Virus record (IMG/VR): IMGVR_UViG_3300042564_002819
Coordinates: 266,025-330,024 of that record
Strand: one strand, 5' to 3'
Length of the DNA: 64,000 bases
The notes under the pieces are model-generated. The model was not told the DNA's origin. It ran no database searches and saw only the letters and a program-made list of their open reading frames with translations. The position numbers and the translations under genes are program-made. Below, piece by piece: positions 1 through 9,926 of the stretch (its first letter is position 1; each line of letters opens with the position of its first letter).

Positions 1-552
1 GAGGATTTAAAAAATGATGTATCTGATAGACCTGATTATGAACAATCAGATAACAAAGATCTCAAAGCCACAACCACAACCCCAACCAGTGTTGCAGCCA
101 CAGCCACAACCACAGAGAAAACCGGGCCCAACAATGGCGGAACTGAAATTGATGATACCTTGTCTAGAACAAGATCTCAAAACGGAGGACTAGACAATGA
201 TAGAATTATTCCGAAAACTAACACTGATGCAGATGCAATCGTGGGAGAACTTCGTACAGAAGACCTTGCTTCCGCCGCAGTTGAAGATGATGCAGGAGTG
301 GAACCGCGTGAAGTATCAGATGATGAAACTCGACAAAGAAGAATAAACGAGCTAGATGCAATAGAAAGTCACGCCGAAAACAAGCTTGCAAAAATACAGT
401 GGAAACAAGATCATCCAGATTTAACTATCAAAGAGTTTAAAGAAGCATATATAAATGGAGAGATTGATCGCCTTCCTTGGGAAGCGTATGTTCAAAACTC
501 CGAACAAAACCCTAACAGTATCTGGAATAAAATAAGATCTGACAATGAATAA
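1..552 (+). CDS. Partial hypothetical protein (3' end; frame open from window start)
   Basis: Frame 1 has no stop from nt 1 to TAA at 550-552; acidic, low-complexity. Confidence 0.7.
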   Translation, partial: EDLKNDVSDRPDYEQSDNKDLKATTTTPTSVAATATTTEKTGPNNGGTEIDDTLSRTRSQNGGLDNDRIIPKTNTDADAIVGELRTEDLASAAVEDDAGVEPREVSDDETRQRRINELDAIESHAENKLAKIQWKQDHPDLTIKEFKEAYINGEIDRLPWEAYVQNSEQNPNSIWNKIRSDNE

Positions 553-934
553 TATTGTTATAATTACTCCGCCGGATATATTAAACAATGATGCATTTAG
601 TATTTGTTTAATACATCCTAGAAAAGAGTTAAAAGAAACTTTGCACGATATTTTAACTCGCGTTGAAATAAATGTAAATGTTTTTTTATACGAATTATTA
701 GCAGACTATGATATTGAATGGCTGTTAAATGTGGTAAAGTCATCCGATGTAGTTTTAATTGATGTTGATAATTGTGACGTACTTACAAAAGTTTTTTCTA
801 GTCATATTATTGCACAACCGAAAACATTTTACTTGACAAATGATAACTATACCCCTTATAATGTAATAAGCAAGAACAGAGTTTATGATCTGTCTTGGTT
901 AGAAAATATTCTTAATAGAGGAACAAATGAATAA
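545..934 (+). CDS. Hypothetical protein
   Basis: ORF overlapping both neighbours in operon style. Confidence 0.7.
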   Translation: MNNIVIITPPDILNNDAFSICLIHPRKELKETLHDILTRVEINVNVFLYELLADYDIEWLLNVVKSSDVVLIDVDNCDVLTKVFSSHIIAQPKTFYLTNDNYTPYNVISKNRVYDLSWLENILNRGTNE

Positions 935-1157
935 ATTTCACCAAACCGATAGCTATCCTAAAGGTTTAAGAGTTGAGGTCCATAATAACGATCTCACAAA
1001 GGCACTACGCAAACTTAAAAAGAAAATTGCAGACGACGGTATTATGCAAGATATTAAAAATAAAGAATTTTTTGAAAGCAAAAGTCTCAAGCGTCGTAAA
1101 GCAAAAGAAGCTGCAATTAGACGTTACAAGAAAACACAAAAAATGCAAGACCTCTAA
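927..1157 (+). CDS. rpsU: 30S ribosomal protein bS21
   Basis: [18 protein letters not shown]...[20 protein letters not shown] matches the S21 pattern; SD AGAGGA. Confidence 0.9.
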   Translation: MNKFHQTDSYPKGLRVEVHNNDLTKALRKLKKKIADDGIMQDIKNKEFFESKSLKRRKAKEAAIRRYKKTQKMQDL

Positions 1158-1165
1158 GGTTTAAA

Positions 1166-2299
1166 ATGCGTTTAGATTTAGATATAAAATTAGATTATAA
1201 AGACGTTCTTATACGTCCCAAAAGAAGTACATTAGGAAGTCGTGCAGAAGTAGATCTAATACGTAACTTTACGTTTAGAAACTATGTTCCTGGATTTCCT
1301 GAAAACACAGAAGATTATCATTATCGTGGTATTCCTATTATGGCAGCCAACATGGACGGTGTTGGCACATTTGAAGTAGCAGATGCTCTTGCGAAGCAAG
1401 GACTGTTTACATGCCTTGTAAAAACTTACACAGAAAAAGAATTAGTCGATTATTTTAATCAAGAACCGGGCGGCATTTATAGAACAGATCATGTTGCTAT
1501 GAGTATCGGAGTAAGCAATGCAGATTACGAAAAGTTCTGTAAAGTTTATTTAAGTCTCGGTGCTAGATTAAAATACCTCTGTATCGATGTTGCTAATGGA
1601 TATACAGAAACTTTTGTTAATCATGTAAGAAACATTCGCGAACGCTATCCGGAAATAGTTATTATTGCCGGTAACGTAGTAACAGGCGAAATGACGGAGG
1701 AACTTATTCTTGCTGGAGCAGATATCGTTAAAGTTGGCATTGGTCCTGGTAGTGTTTGTACTACTCGTATACAGACTGGTGTGGGTTATCCGCAATTATC
1801 AGCAGTTATCGAATGTGCAGATGCTGCTCATGGACTCGGTGGTCATATTATTGCTGACGGGGGTTGCACTTGTCCTGGCGACGTAGCCAAAGCATTTGCA
1901 GCCGGTGCTGACTTTGTAATGCTAGGTGGAATGTTAGCCGGGCATGATCAAGGCGGCGGCAACGTTATACACAAGGCTTTCAAGACTGGCGAAATACACT
2001 ATGATAACGGCGACGAAATACTTGATATAAAAAAGTTTGTGCAGTTTTATGGTATGAGTTCAAAAGCTGCTAACGATAAACACTTCGGTGGCTTAAAAGA
2101 TTACAGAGCATCCGAAGGTAGAGAAGTTCTTGTACCTTACAGAGGTGATGTACAAGTAACTGTGCAAGAAATACTAGGCGGGCTGCGTAGTACTTGCACG
2201 TATGCAGGTGCTAAGACATTAAAACAACTTAGCAAATGCACAACCTTTGTACGTGTAACACAGCAATTTAATGCTGTTTATGCGAACAATGGTAAATAA
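1166..2299 (+). CDS. guaC: GMP reductase
   Basis: [47 protein letters not shown]. Confidence 0.95.
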   Translation: MRLDLDIKLDYKDVLIRPKRSTLGSRAEVDLIRNFTFRNYVPGFPENTEDYHYRGIPIMAANMDGVGTFEVADALAKQGLFTCLVKTYTEKELVDYFNQEPGGIYRTDHVAMSIGVSNADYEKFCKVYLSLGARLKYLCIDVANGYTETFVNHVRNIRERYPEIVIIAGNVVTGEMTEELILAGADIVKVGIGPGSVCTTRIQTGVGYPQLSAVIECADAAHGLGGHIIADGGCTCPGDVAKAFAAGADFVMLGGMLAGHDQGGGNVIHKAFKTGEIHYDNGDEILDIKKFVQFYGMSSKAANDKHFGGLKDYRASEGREVLVPYRGDVQVTVQEILGGLRSTCTYAGAKTLKQLSKCTTFVRVTQQFNAVYANNGK

Positions 2300-2354
2300 A
2301 AGTGGAACGCCAAAACGGGTTCCGAAAGATCTTGCTTAAATAAGGAGATATAAA

Positions 2355-2789
2355 ATGACAAGACTTACAACATTAGACCTACCCTCATTTCATCGTGCCA
2401 CAGTTGGCTTTGACAGAATTTTTAATGAAATTGAACGTCAATTTGCCAATTCTCCAAATACCAACAACTATCCTCCATACAACGTTGCTGAAATCAACGA
2501 AAACGAATGGATGATCAGTATTGCAGTTGCTGGCTTTGGAATGGACAATCTCGATATTGTACACGATAAAAATATCTTGACTGTTGAGGGCACATCTCCA
2601 AAAGGAGACGAGGAAGTAAAGTATCTACACAAGGGACTCGGAAGACGCAGTTTCCGTAGAAGCTTTACACTAGCCGACTTTGTTGAAGTTGCAAACGCAA
2701 CCCTTGAGCTCGGTATGCTAAATATTCATCTAAAGCGTAATGTTCCAGAAGAACTACAGCCGAAGAGAATTGAAATTATTGCTAACTAA
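2355..2789 (+). CDS. ibpA: Small heat-shock protein Hsp20 (IbpA-like)
   Basis: VGFDRIF, NYPPYNV, IAVAGF, YLHKGL, LELGMLNIHL, PEELQPKRIEI. Confidence 0.92.
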   Translation: MTRLTTLDLPSFHRATVGFDRIFNEIERQFANSPNTNNYPPYNVAEINENEWMISIAVAGFGMDNLDIVHDKNILTVEGTSPKGDEEVKYLHKGLGRRSFRRSFTLADFVEVANATLELGMLNIHLKRNVPEELQPKRIEIIAN

Positions 2790-2796
2790 TGTCTAA

Positions 2797-2825
2797 TTGT
2801 TAGAGGGTGCAACACCCTCTAACAA
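2797..2825 (+). terminator. Hairpin, likely terminator or processing site
   Basis: TTGTTAGAGGGTG-CAA-CACCCTCTAACAA inverted repeat after hsp20. Confidence 0.5.
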
Positions 2826-2842
2826 ACCTTGGAGAAAAATAA

Positions 2843-3175
2843 ATGACAAATGATGTATATAAACAAAAAGAACAACTCGACATTGCTAAAGTTAATGAAA
2901 AAATAAAAGTTGATTATAAAGAACCGTCGAGATTTAAGGTTGTGTTTTTAAATGACGACCATACTCCAATGGAATTTGTAGTTATGTTATTAGTCAAACT
3001 TTTTAAACACTCTGAAGAAACTGCACACGCTCTTACTATGAAAATTCACGAAGAAGGTTCGGGAGTTGTTGGAGTTTACAGTTATGAAATTGCCGAAGAA
3101 AAGGCCATAGAAACAATTTCTGTTTGCAGAGATAACGGGTTTCCTTTAAGAATTAAGTTAGAGGAAGAAGCTTGA
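2843..3175 (+). CDS. clpS: Clp protease adaptor ClpS
   Basis: FKVVFLNDDHTPMEFVV, IHEEGSGVVGVYSYEIAE, GFPL. Confidence 0.95.
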   Translation: MTNDVYKQKEQLDIAKVNEKIKVDYKEPSRFKVVFLNDDHTPMEFVVMLLVKLFKHSEETAHALTMKIHEEGSGVVGVYSYEIAEEKAIETISVCRDNGFPLRIKLEEEA

Positions 3176-3699
3176 AGTTAAAAGAACTAACATACGAAGT
3201 TCATCAACGTGCTGAACGTACCGAATTTGCACGAAATCTTCTTAAAGGGCTTTCTCCAGAAGAATACCATCGTTATCTGTATAATCAGTATATGATATAT
3301 TCTATACTTGAAGATGCTGCCAAGCATGTATTACCTGAACTAAAAGAAATCTATAGAGCAGAACGCATTTATGCAGATATCAGAGAACTCGAACGAGAAT
3401 ACGCTATAGGCACCACACCCAGTCTCTTAATGCCAGTTGTGCGTGAATATGAAAAGCATATTATAAATCTAAATCGAGAAGGTATACTTGCTCACATTTA
3501 CGTTCGTCATTTTGGCGATATGTATGGCGGCCAGATGATTAAGAAACGTAATCCAGGATCAGGAACTATGTATGATTTTGATAACGTTGAAGAACTTAAA
3601 ACTAAGGTTAGATCAATGCTGTCAGATGACATGGCAGAAGAAGCAAATCGTTGTTTTGAGTTTGCTATTCAATTGTTTACGGAATTAACCAATGAGTGA
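3172..3699 (+). CDS. hemO: Heme oxygenase
   Basis: LKELTYEVHQRAE, AHIYVRHFGDMYGGQMI, EEANRCF. Confidence 0.9.
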   Translation: MKLKELTYEVHQRAERTEFARNLLKGLSPEEYHRYLYNQYMIYSILEDAAKHVLPELKEIYRAERIYADIRELEREYAIGTTPSLLMPVVREYEKHIINLNREGILAHIYVRHFGDMYGGQMIKKRNPGSGTMYDFDNVEELKTKVRSMLSDDMAEEANRCFEFAIQLFTELTNE

Positions 3700-4372
3700 A
3701 GTTTGGAATCAGTTAGTCAATCTTCAAGATAAAATTATATCTAAACTCAACTCGTGTGCCACAGAAGTATACGAGCCTGGCATGGATAGATTTAATCAGC
3801 CGGGCTGGGTGAATAGAGTTTGGCAAAACGACACAATTCGTCGTGCCCATGTTGATGTGGTTGATGCAAGATCAACTAAAGGACTGTGGATGATGCATGT
3901 TTGTTTATTTCCACATTGCACAGATACTGCACCAATTTACGGGCTAGACATAATAGCAGGTAAAAATAAAGTTACAGGATTTTTTCACGATTTTAGTCCA
4001 ACTGTAGCACCTAATCATACAATGATTATAAACTTTGGAAAAGTTGTATCTGAGTATGACTGGAAAAAAGAAAGAGAGCTTCCTGACTGGGCTAAAGCTA
4101 TTTTTAGTCAGTATATGGTTGCTGTTGGTAATGTAAATACCAACGAAGAATTAGAATCGTTAATAGACTTAAGTCTTAACAATCTTGATGACTGGCTTGG
4201 ATATTACAGATACACAAAATGCACTTACGAAGAAGGCGCGGCAGCACAAAATCGTTATGCATATTATCAAAAACAAAATCCGCATACACCAAGAACAATG
4301 ACAGCTCTTGGACTAAACGAAGAAGATGTACAAGTTTTTGTACAGGAATGCTTGTTTCCTGATATAAAATAA
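3692..4372 (+). CDS. Ferredoxin-dependent bilin reductase (PcyA/PcyX-like)
   Basis: RRAHVDVVD, LWMMHVCLFP, PIYGLD, FHDFSP, QKQNPHT; follows heme oxygenase. Confidence 0.85.
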   Translation: MSEVWNQLVNLQDKIISKLNSCATEVYEPGMDRFNQPGWVNRVWQNDTIRRAHVDVVDARSTKGLWMMHVCLFPHCTDTAPIYGLDIIAGKNKVTGFFHDFSPTVAPNHTMIINFGKVVSEYDWKKERELPDWAKAIFSQYMVAVGNVNTNEELESLIDLSLNNLDDWLGYYRYTKCTYEEGAAAQNRYAYYQKQNPHTPRTMTALGLNEEDVQVFVQECLFPDIK

Positions 4373-4427
4373 TATTAGCATACATAGAAATGACTCCGTT
4401 AGTTAAATAATAATGGAGGGCATTCCA

Positions 4428-4883
4428 ATGAAAAAAATAATAATAATCGCATGTTTGATTGCGAATCCGGCCCTAGCGGATATCGTGTTTGAATTTAATT
4501 CCCCTGCTTTTAGCGGCAATGGATATAGTACACACGTTCTTACTATTGAACAGTTAGAGCAACAACGCAGAGATAAAATTAAAGCAGACGAGCAAGCAGA
4601 ACTTGATCGCATTGAGCGTGAATATCGTAACAGTAACGCTTATAAATTTCAAAACAACTTAGAAAGTCGTATCTACGCACAACTGTCAAAACAAATAGCA
4701 GATGCACTATTTGGCGAAGGCGGCACCATTACAATAGGAGAATGGGCAGAAGCAGAAACTCCATTCGGCGATAATATTCGTTGGATGAGAGATGTTGATG
4801 ACAGAATTTATATAGAGGTATACGACTCAAATGGAGAGTTAGTATCTAGCTTTGATGTACCAGTAGGGGAGTTTGCGTTCTAA
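4428..4883 (+). CDS. csgF: Curli assembly protein CsgF-like
   Basis: Signal peptide then IVFEFNSPAFSGNG...FQNNLESRIYAQLS; SD GGAGGG favours ATG 4428. Confidence 0.8.
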   Translation: MKKIIIIACLIANPALADIVFEFNSPAFSGNGYSTHVLTIEQLEQQRRDKIKADEQAELDRIEREYRNSNAYKFQNNLESRIYAQLSKQIADALFGEGGTITIGEWAEAETPFGDNIRWMRDVDDRIYIEVYDSNGELVSSFDVPVGEFAF

Positions 4884-5656
4884 TGAAAATACTATTATCT
4901 ATATTGCTGGCCACATCTATATTAGCAAGTTGTTCATCTACAGTGAATAGAATTGAAAGTGAACCGCCGCAGGTTGTGATCACAGACGAAGAATACCTAA
5001 ATGCACTTCCTCCTCTAGCAGGACCTATGGTAGCAGCAGTGTATCAATTTGAAGATAAAACAGGGCAGCGTAAACCTAGTGAACGCCTTGCAAATATCAG
5101 CACAGCCGTTACACAAGGTGCAAGTGAATACGTAATTAAAGCACTACGCGAAGTAGGCAACGGTACATGGTTTAAAGTTGTTGAACGTGTGGGATTAGAA
5201 AACTTGTCTAAAGAGCGTCAGATTATTAGACAGACCAGAGAAAGTGTAGGAGACGAAACTCCTCTAGCACCAATGATGTTTGCAGGACTAATTGTAGAAG
5301 GTGCTATAGTTGGTTATGATTCAAATACTCTAACAGGCGGAGCGGGGGCACGCTATTTAGGTATAGGACCGAGCACTCAATACACAGAAGATGTTATAAC
5401 TGTAACAATGCGTTGTGTAAGTGTGCAGACCGGTGAAATATTAACCAGCACGGCGGTAACAAAAACAGTTGTAAGCACTAGCACAGATATGGGGGTATTT
5501 CGCTTTATTGAGTTAGGCACACAAGCAGTTGAATTAGAAGTGGGCAACAGTCAAAACGAAAGCGTAAATCATGCTGTAAGATTGGCAATTCAAGCAGCAA
5601 TAGTAGAAATGATAAAGGAAGGTGCGGATAACGGTATCTGGACCATCCAACAATAA
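4883..5656 (+). CDS. csgG: Curli secretion channel CsgG (lipoprotein)
   Basis: Lipobox LASC; VYQFEDKTGQRKP, STAVTQGA, WFKVVERVGLENLSKERQIIR, GGAGARYLGIG. Confidence 0.92.
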   Translation: MKILLSILLATSILASCSSTVNRIESEPPQVVITDEEYLNALPPLAGPMVAAVYQFEDKTGQRKPSERLANISTAVTQGASEYVIKALREVGNGTWFKVVERVGLENLSKERQIIRQTRESVGDETPLAPMMFAGLIVEGAIVGYDSNTLTGGAGARYLGIGPSTQYTEDVITVTMRCVSVQTGEILTSTAVTKTVVSTSTDMGVFRFIELGTQAVELEVGNSQNESVNHAVRLAIQAAIVEMIKEGADNGIWTIQQ

Positions 5657-5695
5657 ACAGAGTAAGATAAAACTTACCAATACGAGGGCAAAAAA

Positions 5696-6529
5696 ATGAA
5701 AAAGATTCTAACCACAGTGGCTTTCTCTATGTTGGCAACAACAGCGATAGCAAGTGAAGTATATATTGATCAAGCAGGTGGTGCATTGAATGTAGATGTG
5801 CTACAAGAAAATGGACTTAACCGTGTTAATAGAGAAGACAACCCTTTTGATATTGAAGGAAATGACATTGATATTAACATAACTCAAAACGGCGACGGCA
5901 ACGAAGCAGATTTTGAATTAGAATCAGGGGCAAATAATACTACACTGGTCTACAGTGCCGCTGGAGATTATAACACTATAATTGGACAAATATTTGGCGG
6001 AATTTCAAATACATTTGATACTACTATTACTGGTAGTTCGAACGCTATTACATACTGTAGAGATTATACAAACAGTAATTGTAATGGTGTAATTGTTAAC
6101 AATACCACAACTACAGTAGAACTAATAGGTAGTAATAACCAGTTGAACTTTGCATTAGACAGTGCAGATAGCACTAATAATATAAAAATAGGACAAACTA
6201 CTCCTAGCGATCAAAACGTGTTCAATCTTACACAAATTTCAACAGCAGGCTATGACTCTGTAACTGCTAACATTGATGGAGATTCAAACACTACCGATAT
6301 TACTCAAAATACCACAGGTGGAAACAATGTAGTAATTATGGACATCATTGGTGGAAACAACGTATTAGCATTTACTCAAACTGGAGCAGCAGGTTATAAC
6401 AATATCACAATGGACATAACCGGAAACTCCAATGCATTTACGTTTGATCAACAGACTGCTATAGGATATACTTATATCACTGGTGTAGTTGCTGGTAATT
6501 CAAATACTGTGAATATATTACAGAACTAA
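5696..6529 (+). CDS. Secreted curlin-like repeat protein
   Basis: Signal peptide; N/G/Q/T-rich repeats (ITQNGDGN, ITGSSN, IIGGNN); downstream of csgFG. Confidence 0.7.
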   Translation: MKKILTTVAFSMLATTAIASEVYIDQAGGALNVDVLQENGLNRVNREDNPFDIEGNDIDINITQNGDGNEADFELESGANNTTLVYSAAGDYNTIIGQIFGGISNTFDTTITGSSNAITYCRDYTNSNCNGVIVNNTTTTVELIGSNNQLNFALDSADSTNNIKIGQTTPSDQNVFNLTQISTAGYDSVTANIDGDSNTTDITQNTTGGNNVVIMDIIGGNNVLAFTQTGAAGYNNITMDITGNSNAFTFDQQTAIGYTYITGVVAGNSNTVNILQN

Positions 6530-6530
6530 T

Positions 6531-7625
6531 ATGTGGCGTTGGTTTGGAATAATGGTTATTATACCTAGCATAGCATTTGCTGAAGTGGGCAGTATCACAG
6601 AGTTTGATGGCAATCCTGCAGGTGCTGTTCGTAGCAAAGAAGAACTTGTTTTTGAACAAGCAGGGTTCGGTGTGGAAATGCTAGACAAGTTGATTACTGC
6701 TCAAACTAATTTAGAAATTACATTTGAAGACGATTCAAAAGTAAGAATTACTGAACAAAGTGAATTAGTGATAGACGATTTTGTATATGACCCAAACACC
6801 AGCACAGGAAGTATGAGTATGAAAGTTGCCCTCGGCACTGTACAAATGACCAGCGGTAAACTAGCTAAAACTAGCCGAGATCGTGTAAGTATAAACACGC
6901 CTACTGCTAGCATAACAGTTAGAGGTACTGATTTTTCAATGACTGTGGACGAGTTAGGTCGTAGTCTGATAATTCTGCTTCCAAGTTGCCCTGACGAAAC
7001 ACTCAACGAAGACGAATGTCCAGTGGGTGCTATTACAGTTAGTAACGCAGCAGGTAGTGTATCTCTTAACGAAGCATACCAAGGAACTATGGTAAGCAGT
7101 ATGGCAATGTTACCAAGCGATCCTCGTAGATTATTGTTACAAAGATCAAATATTAACAATGAATTAATCATTGTTCCTCCTAGTGAATTTCCAAACGGAT
7201 TTGCTACTGAAGACGAAGAAGAAGAAATTAGAACAGGCCTTGATGTAGACTTTTTAGAATATCAAGAACTTAGCGTAAATTTATTAAACGACGATCTTCT
7301 TAACTTTTCACAATTAGACGTAAACAGGCTTAATAACAAATACTTGGATAACTTTTTAGATTTCACACCAGGCTTAGACGACAACGAACTAGATGAAGAA
7401 GAAAATACAATTTTACCAAACATACACAAATATCCATGGATGACATGGATTGCAAACGAAGAAAGCATATTTATAGACAGTGATCGCCCTCCTCACATTG
7501 CTGTTCTAAATACCAGGGCAGACACACACGGAACTTACAGTCTTACACAAGACGACTACGTTGCAAACGTTCAAATACAAGACGGTGGCGACAACATCAA
7601 TATTAAGGTGGTACAAAAACAATGA
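6531..7625 (+). CDS. FecR-domain periplasmic protein
   Basis: ITFEDDSKVRITEQSELVIDDFVYDP, INTPTASITVRGTDF. Confidence 0.85.
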   Translation: MWRWFGIMVIIPSIAFAEVGSITEFDGNPAGAVRSKEELVFEQAGFGVEMLDKLITAQTNLEITFEDDSKVRITEQSELVIDDFVYDPNTSTGSMSMKVALGTVQMTSGKLAKTSRDRVSINTPTASITVRGTDFSMTVDELGRSLIILLPSCPDETLNEDECPVGAITVSNAAGSVSLNEAYQGTMVSSMAMLPSDPRRLLLQRSNINNELIIVPPSEFPNGFATEDEEEEIRTGLDVDFLEYQELSVNLLNDDLLNFSQLDVNRLNNKYLDNFLDFTPGLDDNELDEEENTILPNIHKYPWMTWIANEESIFIDSDRPPHIAVLNTRADTHGTYSLTQDDYVANVQIQDGGDNINIKVVQKQ

Positions 7626-9271
7626 AAACAATAATAAAAATAATCGCAACATTTTTTGTACTAACATTTGCCACAGCAGCAAACGCTGCAATTACAGATG
7701 GTAAATTTGGTATAGCACAAATATTTGACGTTCAATATTATTGGAATGGAACAACGCTTAATGCAAGCAACTTTATTGCTCCATACGATAAGGACTTCAA
7801 CACAGTAACAGCAACCTCCGGGCAGTATTTTGAATTTTTTGATTCAACAGTGCAACCGGGAAAACAAGGTCTAAGATTAATGAATTCCAACGGAACACTG
7901 GATCGTATTATTCATGACTACGGAGACATTACAGCACTAGGCTCCGGCGCCATATTTTATATCGGCAGCGGATTCTTTGGTAATGTTATCTCGACAGCAC
8001 AAGGTTATAACTATGGATCTAGTGCTTCGTTTACAAATATGGATACAAGTGTAGATTCAAGTGATTTAACAAGTTACACTTTCGCAAGTTCGCAGCCGCT
8101 AGCAGCAGGACAAAGTGCTGCTCCAGCAGGTCCAACTTATACTAACCTAAACAGTACTATAACAACTGTTTATCCAACTAGTACTAATACACCTGCAGGT
8201 GAAGAAGCCATTAAAGCAGTCGACGGCAGCGGCAGCACCAAGTATCTTAACTTTGACAGAGAAACAGCAGGTTTCACTGTAAAATTAAGTGCAGGTCGTG
8301 TGGTAAAAGCATTGCAATTCACAACAGCAAACGATTTTGCATTGCGTGATCCAACTAAGTTTACACTTTATGGTTCAAACGATGGTGTTACTTGGACAGC
8401 AATTGTACAAGATCAACCTATTACACTGCCTAGCGGACGTGGTGTAACAATAGATCCTGTAGTTATTACAAACACAACAGCATATGTTTATTACTTTATT
8501 ACATTCCCTGAATTAAAGTCAACAACAGATCCTAGTTGTGCTAATCCAACTACACAACAACAGATACTTGCTTGCGACAGTGTTCAGATTGCAGAAGTAA
8601 TATTCTTGATGGAAGACGGCGATACCACTACCAGCACTGACCAAGGTTCAGGAAGTGTAAGCAACCCAGGTCCACAAGTACAAGTACCGTTAACCAGTAT
8701 CACAAGTGTACAACAAGCACAAGTTGCAACAGCATTTGCTATTACAAGTGGCAACAATGTTGACTTTACTATTATAGGTAGTTCAAACACAGTTGACATT
8801 GAACAACTAAGCAATGGTAACTATGTATTACTTTACTTAAACGGTAGTTCAAACACACTGGATATTTCACAGAGTGGATCAAATGCTGATAGAAACTTTG
8901 CTGACATTAACATTGTAGGCAGCAACAACACTATGACATTTGAACAAAGTGGTAACAGCAACAAAACAGCATTTTTAGATATTGACGGTAGTTACGGAAC
9001 ATACAACATTACTCAAACAGGAACTGGACTACATCATTTAGATCTTACCAACGTCGGCGATGATGCTACAGTTACAGTATTGCAAGAAGGTGCAGGTAAT
9101 CATCAAGCAATAGTAGAACTAGAAAATGCAGGCGGAAACTGGAACTTCAATCTTACACAGAGTGGAGATACAAGTCAGCTGTATAGTCTTCCAAATAACC
9201 TCAGTGACAATACTGTAGTAAATGGCGTTTGTACTAGCGGCACTTGCAATATGACAGTTAATCAACAATAA
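7622..9271 (+). CDS. Secreted protein with discoidin/F5-8-like domain and C-terminal curlin-like repeats
   Basis: AVDGSGSTKYLNF...TTANDFALRDPTKFTLYGSNDGVTWT; C-terminal xQxGxxN repeats. Confidence 0.65.
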   Translation: MKTIIKIIATFFVLTFATAANAAITDGKFGIAQIFDVQYYWNGTTLNASNFIAPYDKDFNTVTATSGQYFEFFDSTVQPGKQGLRLMNSNGTLDRIIHDYGDITALGSGAIFYIGSGFFGNVISTAQGYNYGSSASFTNMDTSVDSSDLTSYTFASSQPLAAGQSAAPAGPTYTNLNSTITTVYPTSTNTPAGEEAIKAVDGSGSTKYLNFDRETAGFTVKLSAGRVVKALQFTTANDFALRDPTKFTLYGSNDGVTWTAIVQDQPITLPSGRGVTIDPVVITNTTAYVYYFITFPELKSTTDPSCANPTTQQQILACDSVQIAEVIFLMEDGDTTTSTDQGSGSVSNPGPQVQVPLTSITSVQQAQVATAFAITSGNNVDFTIIGSSNTVDIEQLSNGNYVLLYLNGSSNTLDISQSGSNADRNFADINIVGSNNTMTFEQSGNSNKTAFLDIDGSYGTYNITQTGTGLHHLDLTNVGDDATVTVLQEGAGNHQAIVELENAGGNWNFNLTQSGDTSQLYSLPNNLSDNTVVNGVCTSGTCNMTVNQQ

Positions 9272-9287
9272 ATTTGTATACCACCTT

Positions 9288-9317
9288 AATGATAGGGCCT
9301 ACGGGCCCTATCATTTT
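9288..9317 (+). terminator. Intrinsic terminator
   Basis: AATGATAGGGCC-TACG-GGCCCTATCATTTT. Confidence 0.85.
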
Positions 9318-9344
9318 AAATAAATACGTTAGGGGGCAATAACA

Positions 9345-9683
9345 ATGGATTTAGTATACGGAATAGCATTGAGTTTTCATCTAGGAATGAACGAGGACTA
9401 CAATAATTTGCATCCACATATTCGTTTACAAAACGATGACTTTATTGCAGGTGCTTACTACAATAGCGAAGATGCATTAAGTGCTTATGCTGGGATTGAG
9501 CTAGGCAGCGGAAAATGGAATCACGAATTCGGTTTAGTATCTGGATACAATGAAAGCACTGTAATTCCTTTTGTTAGATCCACTTATGAATTAAATGATA
9601 ATACAATAGGTTATATATCGCCAGGGTTCGAAGATAACAACATTGGTGTAGTATTAGGCATAGAATTTCAAATTAAAAAATGA
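9345..9683 (+). CDS. Small beta-rich, possibly outer-membrane, protein
   Basis: Amphipathic strands, GAYYNSE, GLVSGY, C-terminal GIEF. Confidence 0.55.
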   Translation: MDLVYGIALSFHLGMNEDYNNLHPHIRLQNDDFIAGAYYNSEDALSAYAGIELGSGKWNHEFGLVSGYNESTVIPFVRSTYELNDNTIGYISPGFEDNNIGVVLGIEFQIKK

Positions 9684-9919
9684 AGTGGCTGATCGATCTA
9701 TTTAAAGGAAAAGAAGATGAAGTACACAGTGGATCATCGGACCTCCATATTAGAATTGCTGAAATCCAGACCCGCATCGCCGCTGTTAGAAGCCGCAATG
9801 GCTGGGACAAAGAACCCTATAAAAATACTAAAATACAATCCCAACCAGTGGTGGCCCAGGAAAAACCTAAAGTAGGCAGCGAAGATTTAAAAGCTAAACT
9901 ACTTGCTATAAAAAAATAA
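9680..9919 (+). CDS. Hypothetical protein
   Basis: ORF in operon. Confidence 0.55.
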   Translation: MKWLIDLFKGKEDEVHSGSSDLHIRIAEIQTRIAAVRSRNGWDKEPYKNTKIQSQPVVAQEKPKVGSEDLKAKLLAIKK

Positions 9920-9926
9920 ATACAGT

